Source: Candidatus Latescibacterota bacterium (GTDB lineage Bacteria > Latescibacterota > UBA2968 > UBA8231). Taken from it: 64,000 nt of DNA. Shown one piece after another: positions 30,841 through 42,200 of this stretch (position 1 is the first letter of the stretch; the number at the start of each line of letters is the position of its first letter). Where the stretch lies: positions 3,424,001-3,488,000 of the forward strand of contig OZ241362.1 of the NCBI GenBank assembly GCA_965200315.1. The letters are read 5' to 3'. The position numbers and the translations under genes were made by a program. A model generated the notes under the pieces. The model was not told the DNA's origin. It saw only the letters and a program-made list of their open reading frames with translations, and ran no database searches.

Positions 30841-30874
30841 AATAACCTATCTTGGCATCTCCCCGAGGAATGGG

Positions 30875-31621
30875 TCAAGCTCCGGGGAATGCCGCCAAAT
30901 ACACCTTGGTGCGCTCGTTCAAAATCCCGTAAAAAGCCCGCGTCTCTGCATCCTTGCTGTCCCGCCAAAACGCCGCCGGCATAGTCGAATCGTTCGCTAG
31001 CGGTGCCCGGTTGCGATGCCCGTAGTAAATCTGCACAGTCCGCCGCTCTGCCTGCGTGGGCCGCGTCGTCGCCGTGTGCAGTACGGCTACGTTAAACAGT
31101 GCGCAGGTCCCGGCCGGACCGTGCAAGTTATATTCACCACCTCGCTTGAGCTGCTCTTCCTTATCTTCGAGCACCGGCTGGCTTACTGCTTCTGGAGACA
31201 GCGAAAAACAATGGGTTCCCTCATTGACATCGGACAGATAGACCATGAGTTGGATGTAGTCCATGCGGAACGGATGCTCGCCCCAATGCGGCCGGTCGCG
31301 GTGCCAACCTTGGTGCAACGGGCCGTCGTAGGCTCGCATCATCCGCAGCCCGATCTCGCCAAAGCAGAGCGGCCCGCCCATCAGGGCCTCGATCGTCGGA
31401 TATATCTTTGGGTGGCGGATCAGTTCGTCGAACTCCGGCGAGGTGATCAACGCCTCGTAGTTGGTGTGCTGGTGGTGGCCGTAGGAGTGCCAGAAATAGG
31501 GGTACTTTTCCATATCGCCATCGAACATGGCGCGGAAGTACTGCACGTCGTCGTTGTCGAGCACCTGACCTAGGTTGAGATAGCCGTTTGCGGCAAAGAA
31601 ATCGCGGTCCGCTTGGTCCAT
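30875..31621 (-). CDS. PhyH-family dioxygenase
   Basis: FFAANGYL, WHRD and GPAGTCALFNVAVLH motifs. Confidence 0.85.
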   Translation of the reverse strand: MDQADRDFFAANGYLNLGQVLDNDDVQYFRAMFDGDMEKYPYFWHSYGHHQHTNYEALITSPEFDELIRHPKIYPTIEALMGGPLCFGEIGLRMMRAYDGPLHQGWHRDRPHWGEHPFRMDYIQLMVYLSDVNEGTHCFSLSPEAVSQPVLEDKEEQLKRGGEYNLHGPAGTCALFNVAVLHTATTRPTQAERRTVQIYYGHRNRAPLANDSTMPAAFWRDSKDAETRAFYGILNERTKVYLAAFPGA

Positions 31622-31645
31622 TGCCTTGTCTCCTGATTAGAAGGT

Positions 31646-31670
31646 GGGCAACCACAAGGGTTGCCCCTAC
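31646..31670. repeat. GTAG-type REP
   Basis: GGGCAACCACAAGGGTTGCCCCTAC, which reads GTAGGGGCAACCCTTGTGGTTGCCC (hairpin) on the minus strand. Confidence 0.7.
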
Positions 31671-31709
31671 AATCGAAAAATGGCCGACGCCAGAGACGCC
31701 GGTCTAATC

Positions 31710-33500
31710 CTATCGGTAGGGAATCCCGTCGCCGTGCCAAGGCAGGCGAAAGCTGGGCTGCTGGCTGTAACGCCGCATGGCGAGCGACAATTCGATTTGA
31801 CTGGCCGGTGCCAGTTCAACTTGGAAATACGTGCCATCCACGTCGAGGGCCTCGTCGCCAGCTCGCACCCGGCCAAAGCAGTGCTCGCCAAAGCTACCAG
31901 CGCCGACGACCACCTGTCGGGTGCGGCTCGTGCTCAAGTTGACCAGCGTCAGCTCCGCACTGTCAGCGCTGAGGCCGGTCACTAGGGCGGCAACGTCTTG
32001 GGGCAAACCCGGTCGCTGCTGCTCGCCGTCGAAATAGCGCACCCGCCCTTGCGCCAACCCACCCCAGTAAATGGTCTGCGGCGCGCCGGTCGTTAGCTGC
32101 ACCAAGGCTTCGGTTACCACCGGGTTGACCTGCTGCCACCAGTGAACGTCGAGTTGAGTCAGGTCCTGTTCGTCGTCGATAACCTTGGCGATGCGGTCGC
32201 AGACCTCTCGGTAGTTGGCCTGCAAGATGCGTTCGGGGTACTCTGGGGACTCGCCGGCGAGAAAGCGGGTCCAAGCGCGGTCGTCAAGCGAACGCGGTCC
32301 GCGCTGCCCCACCTGCTTCCACTCATTTTCGGCTCCCTCGCGCAAGGTCTCCAGCCGCTGCCTGTCGCACTCCTCCATGGACGCGGCCCACAAGTGGATC
32401 GGCGCATCGGAATTGATGGGGTTGAAGTCGGTCCAACCTTCGTCCGTGTACTTGTAGGGCACGAGCAGTCGCCCCCCTTCCTCGCGGCCGTGCTCGACTA
32501 GCGCATCCATGTGCATGCGGAGCAAGTCCAAGTAGCGGGTCTCGCCCGTGACCAGCAGCGCGGCTTCTACCGCCGCGGTGATTGAGTGAGCCATCATGCC
32601 GTGGCCATAGCGCCCGGTCCAGCCGTACAGCCCGCCCCACCACTGCCCTTGGCGCATCTCGCCGACAATACCGTTGGGGCCGATGTTGTCTGGGACGATG
32701 CCGCCGTTGGCCTCGGTTCGCTCTATCCAAGCACCCACGTATTCCTCGATCCACTCCCGGTAGCGCGTCTCCCCGGTGTGGAGAAAGGCCGTTGCCACCA
32801 GTGCCACGACTCCTAGGTTGACGGTCACATCGCCCTGCATGACTACTTGGTCGAATTGCTCCTCAACGCGGCGTTTAGTCTCGGGGTCCTCCCACCAGTT
32901 AGCGGGCAAATCAGAGCCAGGCCCCAGCGTGGCGTGACCGTGGGTGAGGTCGTAGTGGATTTCGCCGCGTCGCATCTGGAAGAGCGGCCCCTTGCTGCCG
33001 CTACAGGGCGAGCGCACGATGCGGTGCTCGGGGTCGTAGTTGGGCACGGCCGGGTCGTCGTTTAAGTACAATCCGGCAAAGCGCTGTGCCCGGCGGCGCG
33101 TCTCGGCGTTGGTCGGATCGGCCATCCCCAAGTGATAGAAGTAGATGTAGTTTTCCGCGTTGTGGAACCAGTCGTCGTCGTTGATAAACTCTCGAGTGAC
33201 GCGACCGTAGTCGTGCTCTAGCTGCCGAGTAATGGCGTTCCACTCCTCTAGGGCTTTGACGCCCGTGTACTCGCTGCCGCCTAGGGCGTAGTAGTGAGGC
33301 CAATTGAAAAATGCCTCGTACAGGTCGTCGGCCCAGACCCCATCCCCGGGGTATTCTTCCATCCATATCAGGCTGCCGCCGGGACGGGTGTACTTTTCGA
33401 GAAAAATCGGTGCCGCCTCGTCGATAGCGTCGATCAGTCGCCGCTGCAAGACTGCCCATAGCGGCGGCGCAGTGCGGGTTTGGCCTTTTAGCGTTTTCAC
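31710..33500 (-). CDS. Conserved hypothetical protein (possibly alpha/alpha-barrel)
   Basis: ~596-aa ORF with normal codon usage, Trp/Tyr-rich with a DDLYE motif. Probable GTG start at 33500. Confidence 0.7.
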   Translation of the reverse strand: MKTLKGQTRTAPPLWAVLQRRLIDAIDEAAPIFLEKYTRPGGSLIWMEEYPGDGVWADDLYEAFFNWPHYYALGGSEYTGVKALEEWNAITRQLEHDYGRVTREFINDDDWFHNAENYIYFYHLGMADPTNAETRRRAQRFAGLYLNDDPAVPNYDPEHRIVRSPCSGSKGPLFQMRRGEIHYDLTHGHATLGPGSDLPANWWEDPETKRRVEEQFDQVVMQGDVTVNLGVVALVATAFLHTGETRYREWIEEYVGAWIERTEANGGIVPDNIGPNGIVGEMRQGQWWGGLYGWTGRYGHGMMAHSITAAVEAALLVTGETRYLDLLRMHMDALVEHGREEGGRLLVPYKYTDEGWTDFNPINSDAPIHLWAASMEECDRQRLETLREGAENEWKQVGQRGPRSLDDRAWTRFLAGESPEYPERILQANYREVCDRIAKVIDDEQDLTQLDVHWWQQVNPVVTEALVQLTTGAPQTIYWGGLAQGRVRYFDGEQQRPGLPQDVAALVTGLSADSAELTLVNLSTSRTRQVVVGAGSFGEHCFGRVRAGDEALDVDGTYFQVELAPASQIELSLAMRRYSQQPSFRLPWHGDGIPYR

Positions 33501-33626
33501 GGATTCATCCTCTCGCAAAGGGCTCCGATACAATAGATACGCACTCAGCCGCACCGATGGCAAGTTTGACAATGTGGGCGCATTTTATAGGACAGACGTC
33601 GCCACTCAAAGAAAGCGAGCCATGCC

Positions 33627-33866
33627 ATGACCACTGCCAAGACAGCCCCTTTAGTCGAAACGGCGCAGATTCTTGGGGTACGCCATAGGCTGCACAATGG
33701 CTTCGACCTAATTGAAATGAGCAATCGAGGCATTGCGCGGTCGGAGTTGATAAAACTAGCGGAATACCTCGCTATATCGCCGGGACAACTCATTCGCCTG
33801 CTGCCCATTAGCGAACGCACGGTGCAGCGACACGGCGACGCCAAACCATTCGGTCGGACCGATTAG
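33627..33866 (+). pseudogene. Truncated Xre/MbcA/ParS antitoxin
   Basis: N-terminal HTH-like LPISERTVQR is present; the C-terminal toxin-binding domain is missing. Confidence 0.65.
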
Positions 33867-33903
33867 TTCTCTGCGGGTTTATCTTCCAACTAGTGGGAAC
33901 CTT

Positions 33904-34164
33904 GTGCGGCGGTTTCCGATGATGTGTCAGCAGAGGCTCGAGGAGATGTTGCCAAACAACTGGCGGCAACATCCGGCCCCTGTCGAGCTAGAGGATATCG
34001 GCACCTGTTGGGCGGCGGAAAGGCGGTCTTTGCTGCCGTGCGTACCCTCGGCAGCAGTCAAGGGCGACTACAATGTGCTAATCAATCCAGCGCATTCAGA
34101 TATGAAAGGAGTGGAAGTCTCGGCAGGTGAACCGTACTTGCTTGACGAGCGGCTAGTGAGATAG
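33904..34164 (+). pseudogene. C-terminal fragment of a RES-domain toxin
   Basis: LPNNW..P..IG..W..SL..VPSA..NVLINPAH..DERL is the RES C-terminus. The N-terminal half is missing. Confidence 0.7.
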
Positions 34165-34200
34165 CCAGAAGTCTAAGGGGAGTTAATCAGTGTGCGATTT

Positions 34201-34300
34201 TAGGCGGCAGCAGATGTAAGCCGTCGGAATTGCAATCAGCAGAATGAGTCCTAGGCGGCAGAAGATGTACGCCGGCACTACAATCAGCAGAACGAGTACG
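34201..34300. repeat. Imperfect ~50-bp tandem direct repeat (2 units)
   Basis: TAGGCGGCAG(C/A)AGATGTA..GCC..CAATCAGCAGAA(T/C)GAGT starting at 34201 and 34252. Confidence 0.7.
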
Positions 34301-34381
34301 GAAACGATGTCGAGGAGTCGCCTAACCTCTGGAGATGTCACGGCGGGTTACCTCTTTTTAGCTTGCAACGGTTAGTAAAAA

Positions 34382-34468
34382 TGGTGCCGGAGGTGGGACT
34401 CGAACCCACACACCCTTGCGGATACAGGATTTTGAATCCAGCGCGTCTACCAATTCCGCCACTCCGGC
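34382..34468 (-). tRNA. tRNA-Leu (CAA)
   Basis: GCCGGAGTGGCGGAATTGGTAGACGCG..TTCAAAA..long variable arm..GGTTCGAGTCCC..CCGGCACCA; 87 nt with encoded CCA. Confidence 0.96.
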
Positions 34469-34476
34469 TAGACCAT

Positions 34477-34965
34477 TTACCTCTCCTCTCGTTCGCTCTT
34501 CGGCTTGCCGAGGATTTCCATATAGACGATCGCGTCGCGCGCCGTCTGAGGGTTGAGAAACCAACGGTTCCCAGTGCGACGAGACCGATGTTTCTTGCCT
34601 GTATCCTCGGGCTTGGTCTCCGTCAGCCGCTCCATAGCCTGTTTCTCGGCCGCCACGGTGCGCCGTTTGGCCTCTAGAGCCTGCCGCTCGGCTTCTAGTG
34701 CCTCCCGCTCAGCCTCGGCCGGATCGACTTCGGCGAGCACTGGCTCCTCAAAGGGATCGCCGTCAAAAGGCCACCCAAAGGTCGGCTTTTCTTCCTTCTT
34801 CTCCTCGACGACAACGGGCGCAGCCGGATTGACCTCGGCGTACTGTTCTTCGATCTCGGTGTGCTGCTGTTGGGCCTCTTCAACCTCTTTGCGGCGCCGG
34901 CGCCGCTCCATCAGCGCCGAAAATATGCTGAACAGGATGGCGAGGAGAAATATTAGGAGTTCCAT
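34477..34965 (-). CDS. YqfB-like membrane-anchored protein of the floA operon
   Basis: N-terminal TM and C-terminal AIVYMEILGKP motif; located directly after floA. Confidence 0.7.
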   Translation of the reverse strand: MELLIFLLAILFSIFSALMERRRRRKEVEEAQQQHTEIEEQYAEVNPAAPVVVEEKKEEKPTFGWPFDGDPFEEPVLAEVDPAEAEREALEAERQALEAKRRTVAAEKQAMERLTETKPEDTGKKHRSRRTGNRWFLNPQTARDAIVYMEILGKPKSEREER

Positions 34966-34968
34966 GGA

Positions 34969-35973
34969 CTAGTTGTCGCGGTTGTCGCGGTTGTCGCGGT
35001 TGTCGCGATCCTCGCCGCTTTCGGAAATCGAGTCGCGCATATCCGTGTCAGCTTGGATATTGCGCATGCGGTAGTAGTCCATAATGCCCAGATTGCCCTC
35101 GCGGAAGGCCTCGGCCATTGCGCGCGGCACCTCGGCTTCGGCTTCCTTGACTCGCGATTCCATCTCCACAACTTGGGCGGTCATCTCCTGCTCGCGCGCT
35201 TGGGCCATGGCCCGGCGTTCCTCGGCCTTAGCTTGGGCGATTTTGAGATCGGCATCCGCCTGATCGGTCTGCAACTTAGCGCCGATATTCTCGCCCACAT
35301 CGACATCGGCGATGTCAATCGAGAGAATCTCAAAGGCCGTCTCCGAGTCGAGGCCCTTTTCCAACACGCGCCGGGAAATCAAATCGGGATTTTCGAGCAC
35401 CTCTTTGTGCGTCGTAGCCGAACCGATGGTGGTGACGATCCCTTCGCCAACCCGGGCGATGATCGTCTCCTCGCCAGCACCGCCGACCAAGCGGTCGATA
35501 TTGGCGCGCACGGTTACTAGGCAGGTGGCCTTGACCTGAATGCCGTCTTTGGCAATCGCCGCAATCAGAGGCGTGTTAATCACCTTGGGATTGACGCTGA
35601 CTTTGACTGCATCGAGCACATCGCGGCCAGCCAAGTCGATGCTGGCAGCACGCTCAAAGCTCAGGTCGATGTTGGCCTTGTCGGCCGAAATCAGCGCCAA
35701 AATCACGGCGTTGACGTTGCCGCCGGCCAAGTAGTGAGCTTCCATGCTCTCCAAGCCGACGTCCAACCCCGCTTTAGTGGCGCTGATTTTGGGATCGACG
35801 ATCTGTCGCGGCGGCACCTTGCGCAGTCGCATACCCACCAAGTCCTTGAAGATCCCCACTCGGACTCCGGCGAAATAGGCCGAAATCCACAGCCCCACCG
35901 GAATGAAATAGGTGAAGAGCGACAAAAAGACGATGATGCCAAAAAGCGCCAAGACCAAAAACAGGACTTCCAT
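34969..35973 (-). CDS. floA: Flotillin-like protein FloA (YqfA)
   Basis: [28 protein letters not shown] and GIMDYY motifs. Confidence 0.93.
   Translation of the reverse strand: MEVLFLVLALFGIIVFLSLFTYFIPVGLWISAYFAGVRVGIFKDLVGMRLRKVPPRQIVDPKISATKAGLDVGLESMEAHYLAGGNVNAVILALISADKANIDLSFERAASIDLAGRDVLDAVKVSVNPKVINTPLIAAIAKDGIQVKATCLVTVRANIDRLVGGAGEETIIARVGEGIVTTIGSATTHKEVLENPDLISRRVLEKGLDSETAFEILSIDIADVDVGENIGAKLQTDQADADLKIAQAKAEERRAMAQAREQEMTAQVVEMESRVKEAEAEVPRAMAEAFREGNLGIMDYYRMRNIQADTDMRDSISESGEDRDNRDNRDNRDN
34972..35007. repeat. 9-bp tandem repeat x4 in the floA 3' end
   Basis: (GTTGTCGCG)4 encodes an (RDN)4 tail. Confidence 0.9.
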
Positions 35974-35998
35974 TTATTAGCTCCTTGAAGGGAGTGAA

Positions 35999-36487
35999 CT
36001 AAGGTTCGGACTGGACTGACTGAACCACGACTCTGTTGCCAGCCACGTTCAATACCTCGACCTGCTCGCCACGTTCAATATAGCCACCCTCACTGACTAC
36101 GTCGACTACCCGTTCGCCAAATTGCGCCCGCCCCGCTGGCCGCAGCGTCGTAACCGCCTCGCCCGTCTGCCCGAGCAATGACTCGCGGCCCGGCTTGACC
36201 GAATCGTAGCCGGCCTTGCGCGTCATGCCATCGCTGAGTACCAAGCGGTTCCAAGCGCGGACCTTGAGCATTACCCGCACCAAAATGGCGGTCCCCAAAA
36301 GCCCCAAGCCCGCCACGACTCCAGCCGCCAAGCCGCCCATATTCACATAGGCATAGGCAATGCCGGCGACCGCGGCCAGGAAACCAACGATGCCGAAGAT
36401 GTTGATCCCTGGAATGACGAAAATTTCCAACAGCACCAGCACAAAGCCGAGCACTAGCAAGGCCAGCGAATAAACCCATTCCAACAT
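35999..36487 (-). CDS. Short NfeD family protein
   Basis: TM region followed by GEAVTTLRPAG..VDVVSEG OB-fold motif. Confidence 0.85.
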   Translation of the reverse strand: MLEWVYSLALLVLGFVLVLLEIFVIPGINIFGIVGFLAAVAGIAYAYVNMGGLAAGVVAGLGLLGTAILVRVMLKVRAWNRLVLSDGMTRKAGYDSVKPGRESLLGQTGEAVTTLRPAGRAQFGERVVDVVSEGGYIERGEQVEVLNVAGNRVVVQSVQSEP

Positions 36488-36504
36488 CTCTCCCCCTAAA
36501 AAGC

Positions 36505-37824
36505 TCATAGCGCCTTCACCACCACTCGACTGCCGCGCGCTTCTACTACTTTAATGGGCCGCTGCGCCTCGATGAATTCGCCCTCGGCGATCACGGTGAG
36601 CCGCTTGCCCTCAAACAGGGCGATACCTGCGGGCCGCAGGTAGCTGACCGTGACCCCCTCCTTGCCCAACAGCTCCTCGTCGGTCTTGCGCGAAGAGGAA
36701 GTGTACCCATCGGCGGTCTTAATCTCGTTGTGGAGTACTAGGCGATTGAAGGCGGCGAACTTGGGCAGGGAGCGCAAAACGATGAGCGAGAATATAAACG
36801 CGCCGATCATCGATCCAGCGAGACGCCCTATCACCGAGACGATTTCCTCGAAACTCCACAATTGAAAATCGCCCAATTGGGTAATCACCACGCTGGCAAT
36901 CATCGCGCCGATACCCAACACGCCCACAATGCCAAAGCCCGGAATGGCCACCAACTCGACGACCAACAGCGTCGCGCCGACGGCAAAGAGAGCTAGCTCT
37001 TGCCATTCGGCTAAGTGGACTATCAGGTGGCTACCGAAGAAAAGCCCCAGTGCCACTAATGCGAGCGTACCGCCCAAGCCCCAACCGGGCGTGCGCACCT
37101 CGGCGATCAAGCCGAACATGGCCACCGCCAGCAAAATCGAAGTGACGACCGGGTGGGTCAACATGCGCAAGACGTGCTCGGTCCAGTTGAGTTCAACCTC
37201 GACGATTTCGGCCTCGCCTAGATCGTAGATGCGCAACAGCTCGATCAGCGTCTCGGCTGTCTCGTCGGCCATCTGGTAGTTGAGCGCCTGCTCGGTGGTC
37301 AGGGTGGCCGGCCGGCCCGCTTCGGCGCTCAGGCCCGGCACATCGACGCGCTCGTCCACCATGGCCTCGGCGATCTTGATGTTTCGGCCGGTGCGCTCGG
37401 CCGTAGCGCGCATCTCGGCGCGCATATAGGAGGTCACCTTGTCGCTGGCTTTGTCGCCCGTGGCATCGACTGGGGTGGTCGCGCCCATGGTTGAGGCTTG
37501 CGTCATGACGATCTTGTCGCAGGCCAGCGAGATGAGTGCCCCGGCCGAAATTGCCCGCTTATTGATAAAGGCAATGGTCAGGGTTTCGGCATCGAGAATG
37601 GCGTCGCGGATCACAGCGGCCGCATCGACGCGCCCGCCAAAGGTGTCGATCTCGAAAACGATCGCGTCGGCTTCGGTCTCGTCGGCCTCGACGATCACGC
37701 GCTCGACAAAGGCCGCTACGCCCGGGTCGATCATGCCCTCTAGCTTGAGGTGGACGCGATAGACGGTCTGAGCGTGGGCGCTGCCGGCCGACAAAAGTAA
37801 GAGTGTGTAGATAAGGCGTCGCAT
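36505..37824 (-). CDS. Long NfeD (YqeZ-like) membrane-bound ClpP-class protease
   Basis: DTFGG, AISAGALI, TM block and LRPAG C-terminal OB domain. Confidence 0.9.
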   Translation of the reverse strand: MRRLIYTLLLLSAGSAHAQTVYRVHLKLEGMIDPGVAAFVERVIVEADETEADAIVFEIDTFGGRVDAAAVIRDAILDAETLTIAFINKRAISAGALISLACDKIVMTQASTMGATTPVDATGDKASDKVTSYMRAEMRATAERTGRNIKIAEAMVDERVDVPGLSAEAGRPATLTTEQALNYQMADETAETLIELLRIYDLGEAEIVEVELNWTEHVLRMLTHPVVTSILLAVAMFGLIAEVRTPGWGLGGTLALVALGLFFGSHLIVHLAEWQELALFAVGATLLVVELVAIPGFGIVGVLGIGAMIASVVITQLGDFQLWSFEEIVSVIGRLAGSMIGAFIFSLIVLRSLPKFAAFNRLVLHNEIKTADGYTSSSRKTDEELLGKEGVTVSYLRPAGIALFEGKRLTVIAEGEFIEAQRPIKVVEARGSRVVVKAL

Positions 37825-37955
37825 TTAACTATTGAATATATGAGGCAATAGATTGTAATCCAAGCATCTGATCATTGTCAACAACCTCATTTGACCCTCC
37901 TTTTGCCCCAGCCTACTTTTTGATTTTCGCTGATAATAACCCAAACGAAAAAACC

Positions 37956-39224
37956 ATGCCCCGCAAGCTCGAAATAGTGCTCAAAGGCGGCCACGTAATC
38001 GACCCTGCCAACGGTATCGACGGCGTCGCCGATGTCGGCGTTCTCGACGGCCGCATCGCCCGCGTCGAAGAGGACATTTCCCCGGCGGACGCCCATCGCG
38101 TCATTGACGTGGGCAACCTCGTCGTCGTGCCGGGCCTGCTCGACATCCACGTCCATTCGTACCATACCCGCGCCCGCCAATCCGGCGGGTTAGTCGGCAG
38201 CCTCAATGCCGACGCCCACTTCCTCAAAGAGGGTGTAACCACCTGCGTTGATACAGGCACGGCCGGTGCCGAGGAGTTTGAACATTTCCGCGAGACGGTG
38301 ATCGATCACTCCAAGATCCGCATGTTCGCATATATCAATATTGCCGCCCCAGGCATGGGACCTCCCGAACAGGTCGTCGCCAACCTCGATCCTCAGCGGG
38401 CGGCCGAGATGGCTGCGGCCCACGACGATGTGTGCGTCGGCATCAAGACCGCCCACTATTGGACCACCAAGCCCTTTGACGACGAGCATCCGCCTTGGGC
38501 CTCGGTTGATGCGGCCGGCGAGGCCGGCGAGTGCTGTAAAATGCCGGTGATGGTTGACTTTTGGCCGCGCCCACCCGAGCGCTCCTATCCCGATCTCCTC
38601 CTCAAGCACCTACGCCCCGGCGACATCCACACCCACGTCTTTGCCCGCCAGTTCCCCGTCATTGATGAAAACGGCGCGGTGTACGACTATATGCGCGAAG
38701 CGCGCGAGCGGGGCATTCACTTCGACCTTGGCCACGGGGCGGCCAGCTTCTGGTACCGCGCCGCCATGCCGGCCATTGCCGACGGCTTCCCGCCCGATTC
38801 CATTAGCACCGACCTGCACATGGGCAATATCAACGGCCACGTCCACTCGATGCTCGACACCATGTCCAAGTGCTTGGCCATGGACATGTCCTTACAGGAA
38901 GTGATCTACCGCTCCACCGTCACGCCCGCCAGTGCCATCCGCCGGCCCGAGTTGGGGACTTTGACGCCCGGCTCTGAAGCCGACATTTCCGTGCTGGGCG
39001 TCCTCGAGGGCAATTTCTACTTTCGCGACTGCGGTTGGGCCTGTATCGAAGCCCGGCACCGCCTCGAATGCGCTCTGACCTTGCGGGCGGGCGAAGTAGT
39101 GTGGGACCGCCACGGCATGACCTGCCCGCACTTGCAGGAAATCCCGCCCGAAGAACCCTACTGGCACCTGCCCGAGCACCAAGCCACCAGCCCTATCCCG
39201 CGCCTGTGGCGCACTGATGCCTGA
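37956..39224 (+). CDS. Amidohydrolase/deacetylase family metallohydrolase (dihydroorotase-like)
   Basis: PGLLDIHVH, GVTTCVDTG, DLGHG and ISTDLH motifs. Confidence 0.85.
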   Translation: MPRKLEIVLKGGHVIDPANGIDGVADVGVLDGRIARVEEDISPADAHRVIDVGNLVVVPGLLDIHVHSYHTRARQSGGLVGSLNADAHFLKEGVTTCVDTGTAGAEEFEHFRETVIDHSKIRMFAYINIAAPGMGPPEQVVANLDPQRAAEMAAAHDDVCVGIKTAHYWTTKPFDDEHPPWASVDAAGEAGECCKMPVMVDFWPRPPERSYPDLLLKHLRPGDIHTHVFARQFPVIDENGAVYDYMREARERGIHFDLGHGAASFWYRAAMPAIADGFPPDSISTDLHMGNINGHVHSMLDTMSKCLAMDMSLQEVIYRSTVTPASAIRRPELGTLTPGSEADISVLGVLEGNFYFRDCGWACIEARHRLECALTLRAGEVVWDRHGMTCPHLQEIPPEEPYWHLPEHQATSPIPRLWRTDA

Positions 39225-39242
39225 ATGGCCGGCAAGTAATTT

Positions 39243-42200
39243 TTGAGCGAAACACCTACCAAACTTCACCCGATCACGGCACTTAAAACCCTTCTGCCTC
39301 AGTGTATGCTCCAGGATCGGGTGCGTATCGAACGGCGTCTGAATCGCCGCCGCCTCAACTCCGAAGAAATCGAACGCCTCTTGGGCCAAGCTCGCAGTTC
39401 GGCTCGTCTGCACAAACGGCGGCGCACAAACCGCCCGATCCCCACCTACCCCCCGGCCCTGCCCATCAGCGACCGCCGGGACGAAATCCTCGCGGCGATC
39501 AAGGCGCACCCCGTCGTCATCGTCGCTGGCGAGACCGGCTCGGGCAAGAGTACGCAATTGCCCAAAATCTGCCTAGAGGCTGGCCGCGGCGAGGCCGCCC
39601 GCATCGCCGTCACGCAGCCGCGCCGCGTCGCCGCTCTCTCCATCGCCCGCCGCATCGCCGAGGAACTGCGCGTTTCCTATGGCCGCGATGTGGGCTGCAA
39701 AATCCGCTTCCGCGACCAGACTGCGCCCGAGAGCTACATCAAGGTCATGACCGACGGCATGCTGCTGGCCGAGACTCAAACCGACCCGGATTTGCTCGAA
39801 TACGACACCATTATCGTGGACGAGGCCCATGAGCGCAGCCTCAACATCGACTTCCTGCTCGGCTATCTGCGGCTTCTCCGTCGCAAGCGGCCCGATCTCA
39901 AGATCGTCATCACCTCGGCCACCATCGACACCGAAACCTTCTCTAAAGCGTTCGATGACGCCCCGGTCATCGAGGTCTCGGGCCGAATGTTCGCAGTCGA
40001 GGTCCGCTACTGGCCACTCGACGAGATCCTGCAGGACCGCGGCGACTATACGTATTTGGATGCGGCTGCCAGCGCAGTGGACGAAATTTTGCGCACGTCG
40101 CGAGAGGGCGACCTGTTGGTCTTTCTGCCGTCCGAGCGCGACATCCGCGAAACCCGCGAGCGGCTCGAAGGGCGCAAGCTGCGCGGCGTCGAGGTCTTGC
40201 CGCTGTTTGGCCGCCTGACCGCCGGGGAGCAGCAGCGCGTATTCGCCCCGCGGGAGCGTCGCCGCGTAGTGTTGGCCACCAATATCGCCGAAACTTCGCT
40301 GACCATTCCCCGCATCCGCTACGTCGTCGATACCGGCTTGGCGCGCCTGTCGCGCTACAACCCCCGTACGCACACCCAGCGCCTGCCCATCGAGCCGATC
40401 TCGCAGAGCAGCGCCCGCCAACGGGAGGGGCGCTGTGGGCGGGTTGCGGACGGGGTGTGCATTCGCCTCTACTCTGAGCAGGATTTTCTCTCGCGGCCCG
40501 AATACACTCAGCCCGAGATCCAGCGCGCCAATCTCGCCGAGGTCATCCTGCGGATGATCAACCTCAAGCTGGGCGACGTCGAGGCGTTTCCCTTTATCGA
40601 CCCCCCGGCAAAAGCCGCCATCGCCGGCGGGTTCCAGCTCCTGAGCCAGCTCAACGCCCTCGACGAAAATCGCGCACTCACTCCCACTGGCCGCGCCATG
40701 GCCCGCCTGCCCATCGACCCCACGGTCTCGCGGATGCTGCTCCAAGCCCGCGAGGAGCAAGCCCTTTCCGAGGTACTCGTCATTGCCGCGGCCATCAGCA
40801 TTCAAGATCCGCGCGAGCGGCCTCTCGAGGAGCAGGATGCGGCCGACCAAATGCACCGCCAGTTCCACGACAAAAATTCCGATTTCCTAGGCTATCTCAA
40901 CATCTGGAACGCCTATCACAAACAAGTGGAACGCGCCTCTCAGAACCAGTTGCGCAAATTCTGCAAGGCGCACTACCTCTCCTACATGCGGATGCGCGAA
41001 TGGCGCGATATCCACGCGCAGCTCCGCGAGGCACTAAACGAAATAAGAGGCTTTCGCTTCAATAGCACCCCCGCCGAATACGACGCGATCCACCGCTCAG
41101 TACTCACCGGCCTGCTTTCGAGTGTGGCGCGCCAAGAAGAGGGCAATGTCTATCAGGCAACGCGCAACCGCGAGGCGATGATTTTCCCCGGCTCGGGACT
41201 CTTCCGCCCCAACAAGGGCCAGAAGCCGGGCGAGGGCGGGCCACCCGACTGGCTGGTCGCGGCCGAGATCGTCGAGACCTCGCGCCTGTTCGCCCGCACC
41301 GTTGCCCGCGTCCAGCCCGAATGGCTCGCCGAGCTAGGCAGCCACCTGTGCCGAGTTTCCTACGACCAGCCCTACTTCAACCCGCGCTCGGGGCGAGTGC
41401 TGGTGCGCGAAAAGCGGACCCTCTACGGCCTCGAAGTACTCAGCCGCCGCATCCCTTACAGCCGCATCAACGCCCGCGAGGCCACCGACATATTCATCCG
41501 CGAGGCATTGGTGCCCGGGGCGGTGCATACTCCACACAAGTTTCTCGCGCACAACATTCGCCTGTGTCAGAAGATCGAAACTTGGCAGACCCGCGCCCGC
41601 GGCTGGGCCGATGTCCACGTCGAAGAGGCCGCGGCCCGCTTTTACGCCCAGCACCTCGACGATGTTTCCTCCCTGCCCGACCTCAACCGGTTCCTCAAAG
41701 ACAAAGCCGACGACTTCCTACTGATGCAGGAGGAAGACCTGCTCGGCACCACCCGCGCCGATTTCGACCAGCAAGCCTTCCCAGACGCGCTCGACCTCGA
41801 CGGCAAAAAATTAGCCCTCAGCTACGCCTATCGCCCGGGGCAAGACGAGGACGGCATCACCGTCAAAGTGCCCTACAAACTAGCCCACGCCGTCGATCCA
41901 GAAGTACTCGAATGGCTGGTGCCGGGCCTGCGCGAAGAAAAAATTACCGTCCTGCTGCGCTCGTTGCCCAAGTCCATCCGCAAGCAACTGGTGCCGATTC
42001 CCGCCAAGGCCCAGCGCATTGCGGCCGTGCTCAAGCCGACGCATCCCACCTTTTTGGAGTCGCTGCAAGATCACATCCGCCAGCACTACCATATCCAAAT
42101 CCAAGCGTCGGACTGGAACGCCGACGCCCTGCCCGACCACCTCAAAATGCGCGTCGATATCCAAGGCACCAACGAGCAATCCGTTGCGGCCGGCCGCGAT

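Noticed and set aside
34201-34300. CRISPR array
   Set aside because: Two abutting imperfect units with no true spacer.
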